Assembly (NCBI RefSeq): GCF_000981445.1
Contig: NC_027218.1
Span: 1,426,001-1,490,000 of the forward strand
Source: Babesia bigemina
Taxonomy: Eukaryota
Direction of reading: 5' to 3'
Length of the DNA: 64,000 bases
In this document: positions 21,867 to 33,312 of the stretch, piece by piece
Numbering within the stretch: position 1 is the stretch's first letter
Layout: every line of letters begins with the position of its first letter
Notes under the pieces: generated by a model
What the model saw: only the letters and a program-made list of their open reading frames with translations
What the model was told of the DNA's origin: nothing
Database searches by the model: none
Position numbers and translations under genes: made by a program

Positions 21867-22715
21867 ATGGTGTACACTTCGCTGACCGATGCTCCTCAGA
21901 ACTTCAAGGAAGCAGCTGACTGGTTGTTGGCACTGAAGGGCGATGACGTGAAAAACCTGGAGGCCATAGGTGAGGCGGTTTACAAGTTTCTTGTGGACAA
22001 GCCCGTTGGCAGGATACATCTGCCCGCTCTCGAGAAAGTTAAACGTATTTCCAAAGATTTCCTGGAGCAACGCGAGCTTAGGAACTATTGGTTCGTTGAA
22101 GAACTGTTGAAACGATACAATGACCGTATTAGTAAAACACCTGGAGCGTTAGCTAAGTGCTTCAGGGTTGTGGACGATTGCGATTATAAAAACGTTGTAA
22201 AGAGCAAGGGTATCACCGCTGCAGCCATTGCGGAGAAATTAGACAGGATTGTTAATGGTACTGAGATATTGCTTGATAATGTCAAAATTCCTGACGAATA
22301 TAAATCTGCTTACAGTTCAGAAGCGACTTGGGAGAAATCATGCGCAAAAGATCCGGAAGCTTGTGCGACGGTATTCGTAGGGATTGCACCAATGCTATAC
22401 GCAGGTGTACGTTGTCTGCACACTGCAACTATAGCAGCCCTTTTAAGATTGGTCCCGTTAACGAAGTATGAGATTGGTTTGGGAAAGACAATGAAAGCCT
22501 TGGGTTATGTAGAGCCGGAAAGCCGCACTGACATGAATATGTTTGAGGTCGACGCGGCGTTGAGAGATCTGTATACAAGCGGGGTGTTAACGCTATGCGA
22601 CTTCGCTGGGTTCTGGGCTTTCTATGGACTGGAAAGCAGTGTACATGAAGGTGAACCATCTGCGGAACCTTCATTACGTGCAAAAGCTCGCGAATTCTTC
22701 TTGGGCGAAAATTAA
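21867..22715 (+). CDS. Short ves-like (VESA N-terminal-type) multigene family protein, 282 aa
   Basis: MVYTSLTDAPQNFKEAADWLLALKG, YKSAYSSEATWEKSCAKDPEACATVFVGIAPML, LCDFAGFWAFY. Paralog of 14448-15209; both begin caagATGGTGTACA. Confidence 0.82.
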   Translation: MVYTSLTDAPQNFKEAADWLLALKGDDVKNLEAIGEAVYKFLVDKPVGRIHLPALEKVKRISKDFLEQRELRNYWFVEELLKRYNDRISKTPGALAKCFRVVDDCDYKNVVKSKGITAAAIAEKLDRIVNGTEILLDNVKIPDEYKSAYSSEATWEKSCAKDPEACATVFVGIAPMLYAGVRCLHTATIAALLRLVPLTKYEIGLGKTMKALGYVEPESRTDMNMFEVDAALRDLYTSGVLTLCDFAGFWAFYGLESSVHEGEPSAEPSLRAKAREFFLGEN

Positions 22716-24216
22716 AAATATGGCATACCGGAAATTGACGTTGACATAGGTTTGGTGATTGCTTGGAATTCCAAAACATATCATAATAGGCGTCCCAAAA
22801 TCTCTACTGCTGCCGCCACAGGTAACTTCCAGTGTCCTGGTGTGCCCACAGTGGCGAACTTAGACGCTGCTAGCCCAATTTAATGGATATCATGTTTATT
22901 CATGTAGCTATGGACTTATTGTTTCAATAAGTTTTTTAATTATATGTTGATGGGTAATACTTCTTTGTCGTGTCTACAGCCCATTGTAAACATACCAACC
23001 GATCTACCTAGTAAACAACCTTGTAGATATCGTATTAGAAATGTAGTCAGAGTATTAGTGGCCGAGATGTAGGAATAACTGCTGTGACCCCGTCGCCTCG
23101 GAAAGCGCTAGAAAAATTTGATACTCCATCTGGATTCCTCGGGAATACAATCGCCAATGCGCCAATTGCAATTATCAACCAATACATTTTGCAGGGACAC
23201 ATAGATAAAGGAGGGTGAAGTGGGAGCACCTGGTGGAGATGGAGTTCAACTGTAGGGCTTTCCAATTTGTTGTCCTACGTGACGATGGACATGAGATCAT
23301 GAGAATATTATGACTCTCTGAACGACCCGCTGACCCAAATTGGATGCGTGCCAACGTGGATGATACCTGTAATGTTAGGCAACAGTACGATGTGGATCCC
23401 GCAACCGGTATCAGCGTGAGGCGGCAGCCCCGCAAAACCGAAAACCGGCTCTAGGCACGTAGCCACATAGCACACTGTAAAATGAGAGAACACACAAAAA
23501 GACTTTGTACTCTCAGGTGGATGGAAGATCTACGCCCATTGGCGAATCACGGCACCATTACCGTTACCGGCATATACAAAGAGATTGGCTTCGCGGCCCA
23601 TCAACACCTAAGCCTCCTATTACTTGGCAATACAATATTTTCTAGTCTTGCAACTTTTGCTTGTAGATGCTACTGTTCAGCCCAAAACAGCAGGCACGCC
23701 CGTTGTATGTATTGGGCACCATTGTTCTGTTATAGGCGTTATGCACCATTTGTTTGTCTCACAGTAAGGCGTCGCTAGATGGCACTGCACAGCGTCGACG
23801 GTGCATCTAACGAGCTGATGCCACACGTAGACACGAACGGAAACGGTGTAACCACCCATGTAACCTTATACTAATCCTCATTTCCTATTTTTTTGATGAC
23901 CAAACCCCAAATACGATTTATAAAACACGTGTGTTATTCGCTGTGCCGCCTGAACGTTGCCGCATCGCCAAGTAATCTCGTCGGTGATATAATTCCCGAA
24001 AAGATGGACAATGGCCGCTACTCCGCCTCCACGTACATGAATATCGCCCAGCATAGCACGCCAAACGTAGAACTTTAATATGGCAACAGCCTTGCAACGT
24101 CAATGTAGAAGCGCCCTCTAAAGCCGGTAGGCGGCTCACAACGCATGCACTACATCGCAATGCAGAATCAACCGTGGAATGAAATTGATACTGTTGTCCA
24201 TTGTTCGTGGCTATCT

Positions 24217-25431
24217 CTAGAACAAGTAGCTTCCCCTTGAGCTCTTGAGGTAGTCCACCAATAGGAGGAACAGCGCTGAGCCGATGAAGGCGTAACACAT
24301 CATGAGCTGGTAGTATGGCATACCCTCCGTCTCCGCTTTTTTCAGCGACGTTTCCGTAGTTTCTATGTTGCTCAATGACTCAAGCACGTTGGCGTTGATG
24401 CTCTCGAACATGTCGAGCTGTACTGCGAGCGTGCCGCTGAACTGTTCGAACATAGACGAGATCTCAGCCAACCTCTGTTGAACTCCATTGATGGTGTTGA
24501 GTTCGTTAGCCTGTACTGACTGCTGCACTTGCGCTACCAAGTTTTTATGCTGCATCTGTAGCAACTGCGTGTTCTGCTCCTGTGGCGCGTCCACGTAATC
24601 CATGTATGCGGGCATATGCGGCATCTGCACCGACTGCTGGCGCCGCAACACCGGCATCGTTGTTCCAGGCTGCACCGATGGGCCAAGTACAGGTGAAGAG
24701 AAGGTTGAGGCGGCTATGGAATCGCCGCTTTGCGCTACTGATGACCCATCACCCTTTGCCAGTGTGTCACTGCGGTTAGAATCCTCCATGAATAACTTCA
24801 GGTAATCCTGTGCGATAATTTGCTTTTCGGCATTCCCGTCCAGTCCATACCCCTTGCGCATGCGGTACTCCTTGACCTGGTTTTCCGTCATCAGCCGCAG
24901 TGAAGCAGTGACGTTCGTTTCTACTTTGAGGCGATAGCGCTCGTACTCCTCTACAGCCGACTCCACCGCCTTGAGGCTATGCTGGAGGCAAGCTATCACG
25001 CCGAGCCGGTGTTCCTGTAGTTGCCTCGAAATGGTGCCACGTCTCATGCGTTTCAGTTCCTCCTCGATGCTGGTGGTCATTTGTTTTATGAGATCTCCGG
25101 CATGTCTAGTGTCGTGCACGATGTCTTTGATGTCTGTTTGCTCAAACAATGCGCGTTTGGCATGGATGTACCCCATAGTGTTAGCCAAGATGGGTATTTT
25201 CACGTGGCCGCCGATCGACTCTTTCGACCCGTGGCCAGTGTGGGCCAACACGGCGTAGGGTGATATAATCTCCCTCAGCGTCCTGAGCTGCGCAAACACG
25301 TCTGCAGATATTACCGAGAATCTATCGACTGTGTGATGTTCTGGAGATGCGGCCTGGGAATCGCTCGTTGCTTCTCGCATCATCATCTGCCAGTGCGTGG
25401 CACGGCGTTTGAAATCGTACGACCTATCCAT
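24217..25431 (-). CDS. Qa-SNARE, syntaxin-18/Ufe1-like, 404 aa
   Basis: N-peptide MDRSYDFK, EHRLGVIACL...LKAV (STX18-type helix), SNARE heptads VQQRLAEISSMFEQFSGTLAVQLDMFESINANV...NI with a central Q, and a C-terminal TM anchor. Confidence 0.82.
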   Translation of the reverse strand: MDRSYDFKRRATHWQMMMREATSDSQAASPEHHTVDRFSVISADVFAQLRTLREIISPYAVLAHTGHGSKESIGGHVKIPILANTMGYIHAKRALFEQTDIKDIVHDTRHAGDLIKQMTTSIEEELKRMRRGTISRQLQEHRLGVIACLQHSLKAVESAVEEYERYRLKVETNVTASLRLMTENQVKEYRMRKGYGLDGNAEKQIIAQDYLKLFMEDSNRSDTLAKGDGSSVAQSGDSIAASTFSSPVLGPSVQPGTTMPVLRRQQSVQMPHMPAYMDYVDAPQEQNTQLLQMQHKNLVAQVQQSVQANELNTINGVQQRLAEISSMFEQFSGTLAVQLDMFESINANVLESLSNIETTETSLKKAETEGMPYYQLMMCYAFIGSALFLLLVDYLKSSRGSYLF

Positions 25432-26184
25432 CTTAACAAAACAGCTTCCCTCAATTCATCAAACACCTCGAAACATGTACATATTCATAAAAGTGAACTT
25501 GACAGCGGATCTAACCTGTAAATCCTCAATGGGAGCAGTGCGATTATGAGATACAACGTATTAGCCTATGCGATATTCTTGTCTTTGGCGGCAGCAGATA
25601 CACCAGCAGAGTTCTGTTACTGACTACCGACATACCAATTTGGTGGGATGGAGATGAGTCCCTCGTTAACACGAAGGGAAGGTACGATGCGGAGCGTTAT
25701 TCCATCGCCATCTGCTTCCAAGACAGCCGCCAAAATGCAACCACAGTACCACGCAAGTACATAAATATGCTACACACTGGACCAAAATGTGCAGAACTTC
25801 TTCAGCAGTTGTAAATATGCCCCCAAGGCTCGTTTCACTGAGTCGTCAATCGGCAACGCAGCATCGACCGGCCGTGGCGAGCGACACGGATACTTGCGGC
25901 CGTCGCACCGCAAAAATATATTTATACAGATGAGAGACACATACGTTCCACTGACCCTCTCACGTGTCTGGGATTCTGCGGAGGCGCCTCAGGCGCCGCT
26001 GCCGCGGTTGGGCGCTCAGTACAGCAGTCTTGGGTGGTATGCGTACACATCGTTGCAGCGCATTAGCACCTTTAGTTGGTGACAACGGGGTAAGGCGGCT
26101 CGGCGCTATGCGTGTCGCTTGAGCCTATCTGAACTCGCCTGCTTATTTTGCAGACTTCTGCGCCTATCGCAAGTGACCTTCGAC

Positions 26185-27018
26185 ATGATGGCGTCGCTAA
26201 GTTCTGTGACGCAGGATTTGGCTGAGAAGCTGCACATATCGGCGGACAAGCAGGAGGACCACGAGCAGCCGACCGCCGGGGTGGAATCGTACCACGTCCT
26301 CAACGAGCGGGCCATACACATCCACGACTTGACCAAGCACACTCTGCGCCAGGCCTGGCTGTTGCTCGTCCATTCGGTACCGTACAAATTCGACGCGTAC
26401 CTTGAGGAAGGAGCTATATTTCCAGACGTCCGGCCGTTTGCAAGGTACACCAACTACTCGTCCATGCGTAAGTCTACTTATTTTCCTGAGGCGTGATCTG
26501 TTCAACCTCCCTACTGTGTTTTGTGTACCTATTTGGTTCTTTGAATGCTCCAGAAGCGGCTTCCGTACCATTTCCGATGCCTATTCTAGTTTTTCAGTAT
26601 AACGATTTGCTAACGTTGTGCAGTCTACATGTTCAATAACGCGGTGGCACTCGCATTATGCGACGTGGTGAAGTATGAGTGGCCCGCCGCAACGAAGAAA
26701 CTCTTCGGTAAGGGTACAGGGCGGCCGAAACCCGAGCCATACGCCGTGGTGATTATGGCGCTGGCTGCACTGCCGAAGTACCGTGGCGTGAACGTGTCTA
26801 AGCGTTTGTTCGACTATACCGTGAAGAAGGCGAACGAGGCACGGATTTTCAAACTGTTCGCGCTGACGGACGAGCAGGGTGCGGCACTCTACGCCAAGAT
26901 GGGATTCACCCCGTGCGACGACTCACCGGTTAAGCTTGGCGACCTCAAGGTCACCGACGAGTCCTCGAACCCATGCAGCTTTACGGTTATGCAGTACACC
27001 AACATGGGCGCAAATTAA
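26185..27018 (+). CDS. GNAT-family acetyltransferase, NAA50-like, ~225 aa, 2 coding exons
   Basis: Intron 26468-26623 joins IHIHDLTKHTLRQ...VPYKF...SM|LYMFNNAVALALC in frame. IMALAALPKYRGVNVSKRLF is motif A; AALYAKMGF is motif B. Confidence 0.75.
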
Positions 27019-27374
27019 TCAAAACCTGTGAGCCTAATGTTTTGGTTGTTAATGGGTGCCATTTTCGCGTGGGCAGTGCCGTTGCATGCCGCCTGGCTCC
27101 GAGTCGTGCAGTCTGCGGTTGGCGATATTGTAATGTCGGTAAAGCTGTAAATGCTAATACCTCCACTTCCAAAGCATGCCTCTTGACACGGTGCGCGCGA
27201 AAACTGCGTAGAATGCTGCAAAGTGTATTCGATAAATTTTTAGTGCGGGCGGTTGAAAGGCACCGCAACATCCGTTAATCGAAAACGTGCGACCCGTCAT
27301 TGGGTGTACTACACCATTCGACACTGCGTTGAAGATTTTCCGTTTCCACATCGTCAGTGGCTGGGTTCAACCCA

Positions 27375-30300
27375 TTACGGTTGCTGATTCGCCGGCGTCT
27401 TGTTTGCTTGCTGCGCAGTCGCCGGTTGCTGATCTGTTATTTCTTCATCTGCGGTTTTCGCATCCCAACCCATGATTTTAAGGATTAACTTCGACAACAG
27501 CGGGTTCTTTAGGTAACGCTTACGAGCTTGCTGAGAAACCATGTAAAGTGCTGTCTGGTGACACTCACCTTGTCTCGCAAAAGGTAGTCGCGTCCCCACG
27601 TCTGGAGGTAGTTCTCCCTCATCTTGCCTCGCTCGGGCTTGCAAATGAAGACGCCGCCGCATTGCGCATAGTGATGGTAAAGAGCCTGCCAATGCGTGTG
27701 CCGCAGTAGGAACCTCGGGTTGCCTGCACAGCGATGTTACAACTGTGTTTCACGATATAACCCTTACCTATGATGAAGAGATTTCTGCAGGCTCTCGTGA
27801 TGGCCACGTTGATACGCCGTCTGTCGGCTATGAAGGATACGTCAACTACGTCGGGTATGGTGGACGTGGTTTTGCCTGTAAGTATCCCATCGACATATTC
27901 CTGCATCTGGTTTGCGAATTGCTGCGCTGCATCAGGATCGTGTGGCTCGTTGTCGATGGTCAAGACGTTTGGAGGCGTGATCTCCCTCAACGTCTTTTGT
28001 GCTGCATTCTTCTGCCCAACGTATCCCGTGCGCACTGCGCTGAAGATGACAATTTCTTTTTCCATGCCCTGGAATCCATCCACAGTGCTGACGTCGATCA
28101 GGAGCTTTGGCAGTTGAGGGCCGGGCGGCACGGGTTCCTTGACTTTCTTCTTCTTTTCCTTCTCGACGGGCGGCGCCACCAACTGTGGATGCCTCATTGC
28201 AATGGTCTCCTTCAGAAGCGCCACCTGCGCGGAATACGTCGTGATAACTGCGATTCTCTGCTCCAGCAGCTCAGGCTTGTAGCCGCGCTCTGCCTTGAGG
28301 ACCGTCAGGATCATATCCAGCAGCTGGCAGACAAGATTGGCCTCCATCTCGTTTTTGTATGAGGTTTCGTCCTTGGATTGCATCGAGTCGATGGCGTAGA
28401 ACACCGCCGGCCGCAGCAGCGGGAACTCTCGCCAATCGCGTTGCTGTCGCTGGTAGACGCTGGGCGCGTCCTTGAGCTGGCTCTTGTAGAAGTACATGGA
28501 GGGGAACCTGCTGATTCCGGGGTCCATACGGTACTGGATGTCTAGCAGGTTGACCGGGTATCCACACATCTGCAGCCGTTGGAAGAGCGACCGATCGTAC
28601 TTGAGGGAGACTGCCACATTGGAGCAGACCGTGGCCGACAGCTGGCACGGGTCACCCACCAACACGACACGTGAGCAGCCCAGACGTAGCGCTATAAGGG
28701 TCGAAAGCTCGACAGCTTGCGTCGCTTCGTCTATGATCAGGGTGTGGAACATGGCGTGGTTCTTAACCATGTCCATCGACCCGCATGCCGATAGTGTGGA
28801 GCACACAATGTCGCTCTGGAGTAGCGTTTCTGTCACTAGCCTCGACCTGAAATGATTCTTCATTTGCGGGAACTTGTGGCCGTATTTCTTGCGTCCCAGC
28901 ATGTCGATTTTGTTGTTGAGGCTGTAGACGGTGAGGTCGTCGTGAAAGTTGGGCCCTATACGTGTCACCGACGGGTTCAACCGATTCCCATCGGCATCGA
29001 AAATCCCACCAGTGTGCGGTCTCACCAATCGCCTCACAATTTCGTCGATGGCTGCGTTCGACGGCGCGCATATCAGTATCCGCCTCCTGCTGTGCCTCAG
29101 TGTGGGCACCCTCACCTTTTCTGATGATGAGCTCTTTGCGGGCTTCATGCACGCGTAGGAGTCGTACCTGTGCGTGCCGTTAGTCGTCTGCGTATCCGTT
29201 ATGCTAAGCTTATCAAATGCGATTTCTAGAGGCTCATTCATATTGTTGCCGTCTATATACTTGAACCAAGCGGGTTTGTTAATCTGCGATGCGTCGCTTG
29301 TTCCGGGTGTTTCTGTGGATGGCTCCGTTTTTGCGTCGGAGTCGTACGGCAGGAAGTCCTGTTCCAATATGGCGCTAATTATCCCGATAATGGTGGTGGT
29401 TTTACCCGTTCCCGGGGGCCCCTGGATTAGAGTGATCCCGTTGCTGTTTAGGCTGTTTCTGATAGCCCGGAGCTGAGCTGCATTGTAGGAAGCTTCCAAG
29501 CTCTTTCTCAACATCTTAGGAATACGTATCCCTTCGAGGTAAGTGTCCTTATCCATGTCGCTTACCGGCTGATCCTGCGGCGGTTCTACCGAACCCATCA
29601 ACAACTTTTCCTGCAGCGGCATCCGGGGCAAGCCTCGCAGCGCTTGAAACTCCCTCAGCGCCGTTGTGAAGGAGCATAGCTTTGACAAATACCACACCTC
29701 CTTATCGGAGTCGCCTCTGCCCATGCCACTAAATTTCTTGCTCCCGCTCTTGCTCCTGCTCCACAAGATCAACTCCTGTATGGCTTCCAGTCGTTCGACA
29801 CTGCGTATGTCAAAGGTCTTAGGATTGCAGAATCTTGGCGGCATGGCCAGCACCTGCAGTGTGCAGATGCGTCTTTTTGCCTCGAGGACAAATCCAAGGG
29901 CGTGCTTCAGCGTGTCTTGGTATAGCGGGTGGTCATCCGGCACAACCACGTATGCGGGCCCCTCATCTGCGTCTTTCGGCAACGTGTCCACTTGCATCGT
30001 TTCAGCATCATTTTTGGGCACGATGTCGTGCCCCGGCTGGCCGACGTACAAGAGCGCAATGTCGCCGCAGACGAAGGGCATTACGGCGCTTGACTTGAGT
30101 GTGATTTCCACAAACCGCCCGCTTTTGTTACACCCGACCTGCAACCAATATCAATCAGTGATTGAGAAGCAAGGCGAATACGTACACATGACGTATTAAA
30201 CGCTGGCTACTGAACACATCAACCAGTATATAATGCACGATGTTTCTCCATGCTTGAAAGGGCAAAAAACTTTAACCCATCCACGAGCAAAACCCCATGC

Positions 30301-31086
30301 AGCAAACAATATTTCATAAGATACATAAGCCCTAATATACGTTCTTTACAAGCACGTTGCGCGTACACGAACGCCATTATTACGTGTTACGTGATACGCC
30401 TACTCCTAGTATTGCCTGCAAAATAGCTTCACCCCCAACCGCGGCCACCACTGCATTGCACCGATGCCTTTAGCATTTCGCACCACTGATATATGTAAAA
30501 CGTATTATACGCTAATTCAGCCCACAAAATACCTTGTAGGTAGGTTCAAAAGAGGAGTATGCGACCACGGCAAAAAACAGGTATTAACGGAAACTAGTAT
30601 GACAAAAATGGAAGTCCATGCGCGTGTATATTGTAATCACATATGAGTTATACGGTATCCCGCGTTTTTGCGGGACGTGGATACGACATCATGGCTCACA
30701 ACACAGTAATAGGCAGCAGGTAAAATTAAAGTTGAACAGGAATACTTCCACACTTCACTGACCACATCATCACACGATTTAGCTTTCGTAACTAAACTAA
30801 CCTCCGATACTCGCAATGGATATGCCATGCTCATGTACTTGCTGCTTGCGAGCATCTGCAGGCACTCGATCATGTACAAGGGGAAGAAGCTGCGTTGATA
30901 GGTTTCCACATTTTCGAATTGGATGGGCAGAGGCTCCAGTGGCGTGTCCCATCGTATCGAACTCTGGACGTCTGGAAGCTGATTGGGAATGTCCTTCGGC
31001 AGGTCACGGTAAAAGTCCACCGAGAGAACGCGCTCCAGGAGATCATTTTCCGTCCGGAACCCCTCTGCTTCGGCAGTGATGGCCAT
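27375..31086 (-). CDS. SEN1: SEN1/senataxin-like SF1 (Upf1-type) helicase, 4 exons
   Basis: YNAAQLRAI, LIQGPPGTGKT, ILICAPSNAAIDE, IIDEATQA, LVGDPCQL, SLFQRL, LDIQYRM, STVDGFQGMEKE, RRINVAITRA. Introns at 30139-30801 plus two short ones. F..VETYQRSFFPL...EC in exon 1 is Sen1-type. Confidence 0.9.
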
Positions 31087-31545
31087 TGTGTATGACTCGG
31101 TCGTCTATCAATGGCATCAGCGCCCGTATTTCATCCGAGGCCTCTCGGGCCTCGCGAACCGTTAGAAACTCCCGCTTGCCACAGATTCCTCGCCTAAGTG
31201 TATTATGAGCACTCCATTGAAATTGTCGGTGGTCATGCGAGGCGGTTGATTTGGCACAATGACCAACCGATTGCTTCACCTGCCTGGGGTGATAGGGAAT
31301 TCGGAGTCGTCGCCGCCGAAGATTTCAGGACACTTATCTGTGACAGAATGGCTGTATGACTGCTAGTAGCTTGTGAAGTCCTAATTTCACCGCCTTAGGT
31401 GTGGACGTGGATGTCTAATTGCCGCGCGGCCGGCCATCAGGTCCACACACCGTAGGTGTGCGTCGCGCAGGCTGCTGGGCGGCATCCGCGTGGTCTGGCG
31501 TACACCTACTGTGACTGTGTCACGCTGAAGATAGATGTGTGCGCG

Positions 31546-33312
31546 ATGGCGGAGTCCGAGTGCTGCCAGCGGCGCTCCGCGGCGCTGTCTAACATGTTGG
31601 AGTGGTACTACCGGGTATGTTGCTGGTGTGTCTATACATGACGCCGCAGGACCCTGTTGGCCGAACGTACGGCCCAGTCAACTCGTTTAAGCTGGTATAT
31701 CTGATCTACTCGAACTTCTTTGAGGAGGATACGCCGTTTGCGTCCTGCCAGGGAGGGCGCATTACCGCTGCGGACTTCGACCCGCTCCGGAAGGTAGGTG
31801 GTATACAATACAATCCAACACTCGCAGTTGCTGCCAACACTACAGAACGACTTTATGGAGTACAACGAAGACGTGTTTGCGTGCCAACACTACATGGATT
31901 CCATGTTGCATGCGCCGGATGATGCGGTGGATAGCGAAATAAGGGAGGTGGAAGTATTGCCGCCGAGTGTACCCACCAAGCAGTACACAGTTCAGTTCGT
32001 GGAGCGCACAGACACAATTGTGGATGTTGATGATCATCATATGCTTCATCGCAGTAGTGACAGCGATATAAGTGCTACTGAGCCGGCTGGCGATCAGGTA
32101 TTTGACGAGGTGCCCATGGCTGAGCCATCTCCCCGTGAAACGCATGCCGAATTAGAACGCCAGTATTCGAGAGTCACCATTCCGTCGTTAGAGGACTACA
32201 GACGCCAGCAGCCACCTGTGGCTGCGTACCACCAGGATTACACGTTCGGCTACAACGGGCAGCTCAACACAAGCAGGCATGACCTTCACTCCGACATTGC
32301 CATCCCGGTAAGATTGGACACCGGGGCGTATATGGACGCATATCACGGCGTTACCTCGAGCACTGCCCCGTTCAGACGTGGTCGAACAGGGGCACCGGTG
32401 TTGGATGTCACACGGGAGCCCGTGGAGCGGCACTTGACGGCTAACTACGGACGCACAACGGACGCTTTCGACATGTCTGGTTCTGGATACACAGTGCCAA
32501 ACTTGCATGAGGATGACAGGGAGACAGCGGCGTTGGGCTCCATGCCGACCTCAGTTATCCTCCCGTCAACGGCCGCACCTTCTGAAGAGCCAACGCAGCA
32601 GAGAATAGTTAAACGGACAACAAAAAGCTACCCTATTATTGACGAGGGCATGTCAAATGGTATATCTCACAAGGCGGAGGAAGCAGCAGACACACCCGCA
32701 GGCATTGCCGAATACGGTATGTCGCAGCTGTCGCCCATCGGAATACCGCCGCCAAATATAAAAAATTGGCTTAGTGGAGACGACACCCCGTACATTCCAC
32801 TTGGCGCTTTAGGGCAGTTGCCGACTGAAGACCACAGCAGTGCGCTTGCGGGGAAGTCGAGTCGGCATGACCCAGTCGCAGAGCGATCGGCCGGCTCCAA
32901 AGACCAGCGCCTGCATGCTGGCCGTTCTGCACATTTGAGTATGTCGCTTGCATCTGTAGACGCGGGGACTCAAACGCGTGGCGCTTCGGAGAGCCGATTA
33001 GCGCAGTCGTGGTGGCGGGAGGACAGTGCCACACATCACGATGCTTCCTACAACGCGCACATCCCACGGCCACCTGGAGTTTTCCCGTCTACTTCACATT
33101 CTGCATCCATGTATAACGACGGCTCTAACGTCCCCAAGACGGAATCGCTGATGCCCGCCCATCACATGCTGATCAAGCAGCGGCTGCAGAGCAACCTGCG
33201 GGAGACCCAGGCACACCTGTCGCGTATCCCTTCGCGCAAGATAAGTCATGTGCTAAGCCAATCGCATGGAAAGTTGTTTATGGACCGCTCGCTTCTTGAG
33301 GACGGCGTCTAG
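31546..33312 (+). CDS. GYF-like domain protein with long low-complexity C-terminus, 3 exons
   Basis: Splicing two short introns (first 31615-31649) gives EWYYR|DPVGRTYGPVNSFKLVYLIYSNFFEEDTPF, matching the GYF pattern W.Y.D..G..GP.....(M..W)...GYF. It continues into the ~490-aa ORF. Confidence 0.75.

Noticed and set aside
30517..30775. C/D snoRNA in the SEN1 intron (GTGATGA on the sense strand)
   Set aside because: The nearest CTGA is ~250 nt away, with no terminal stem or recognisable rRNA complementarity.
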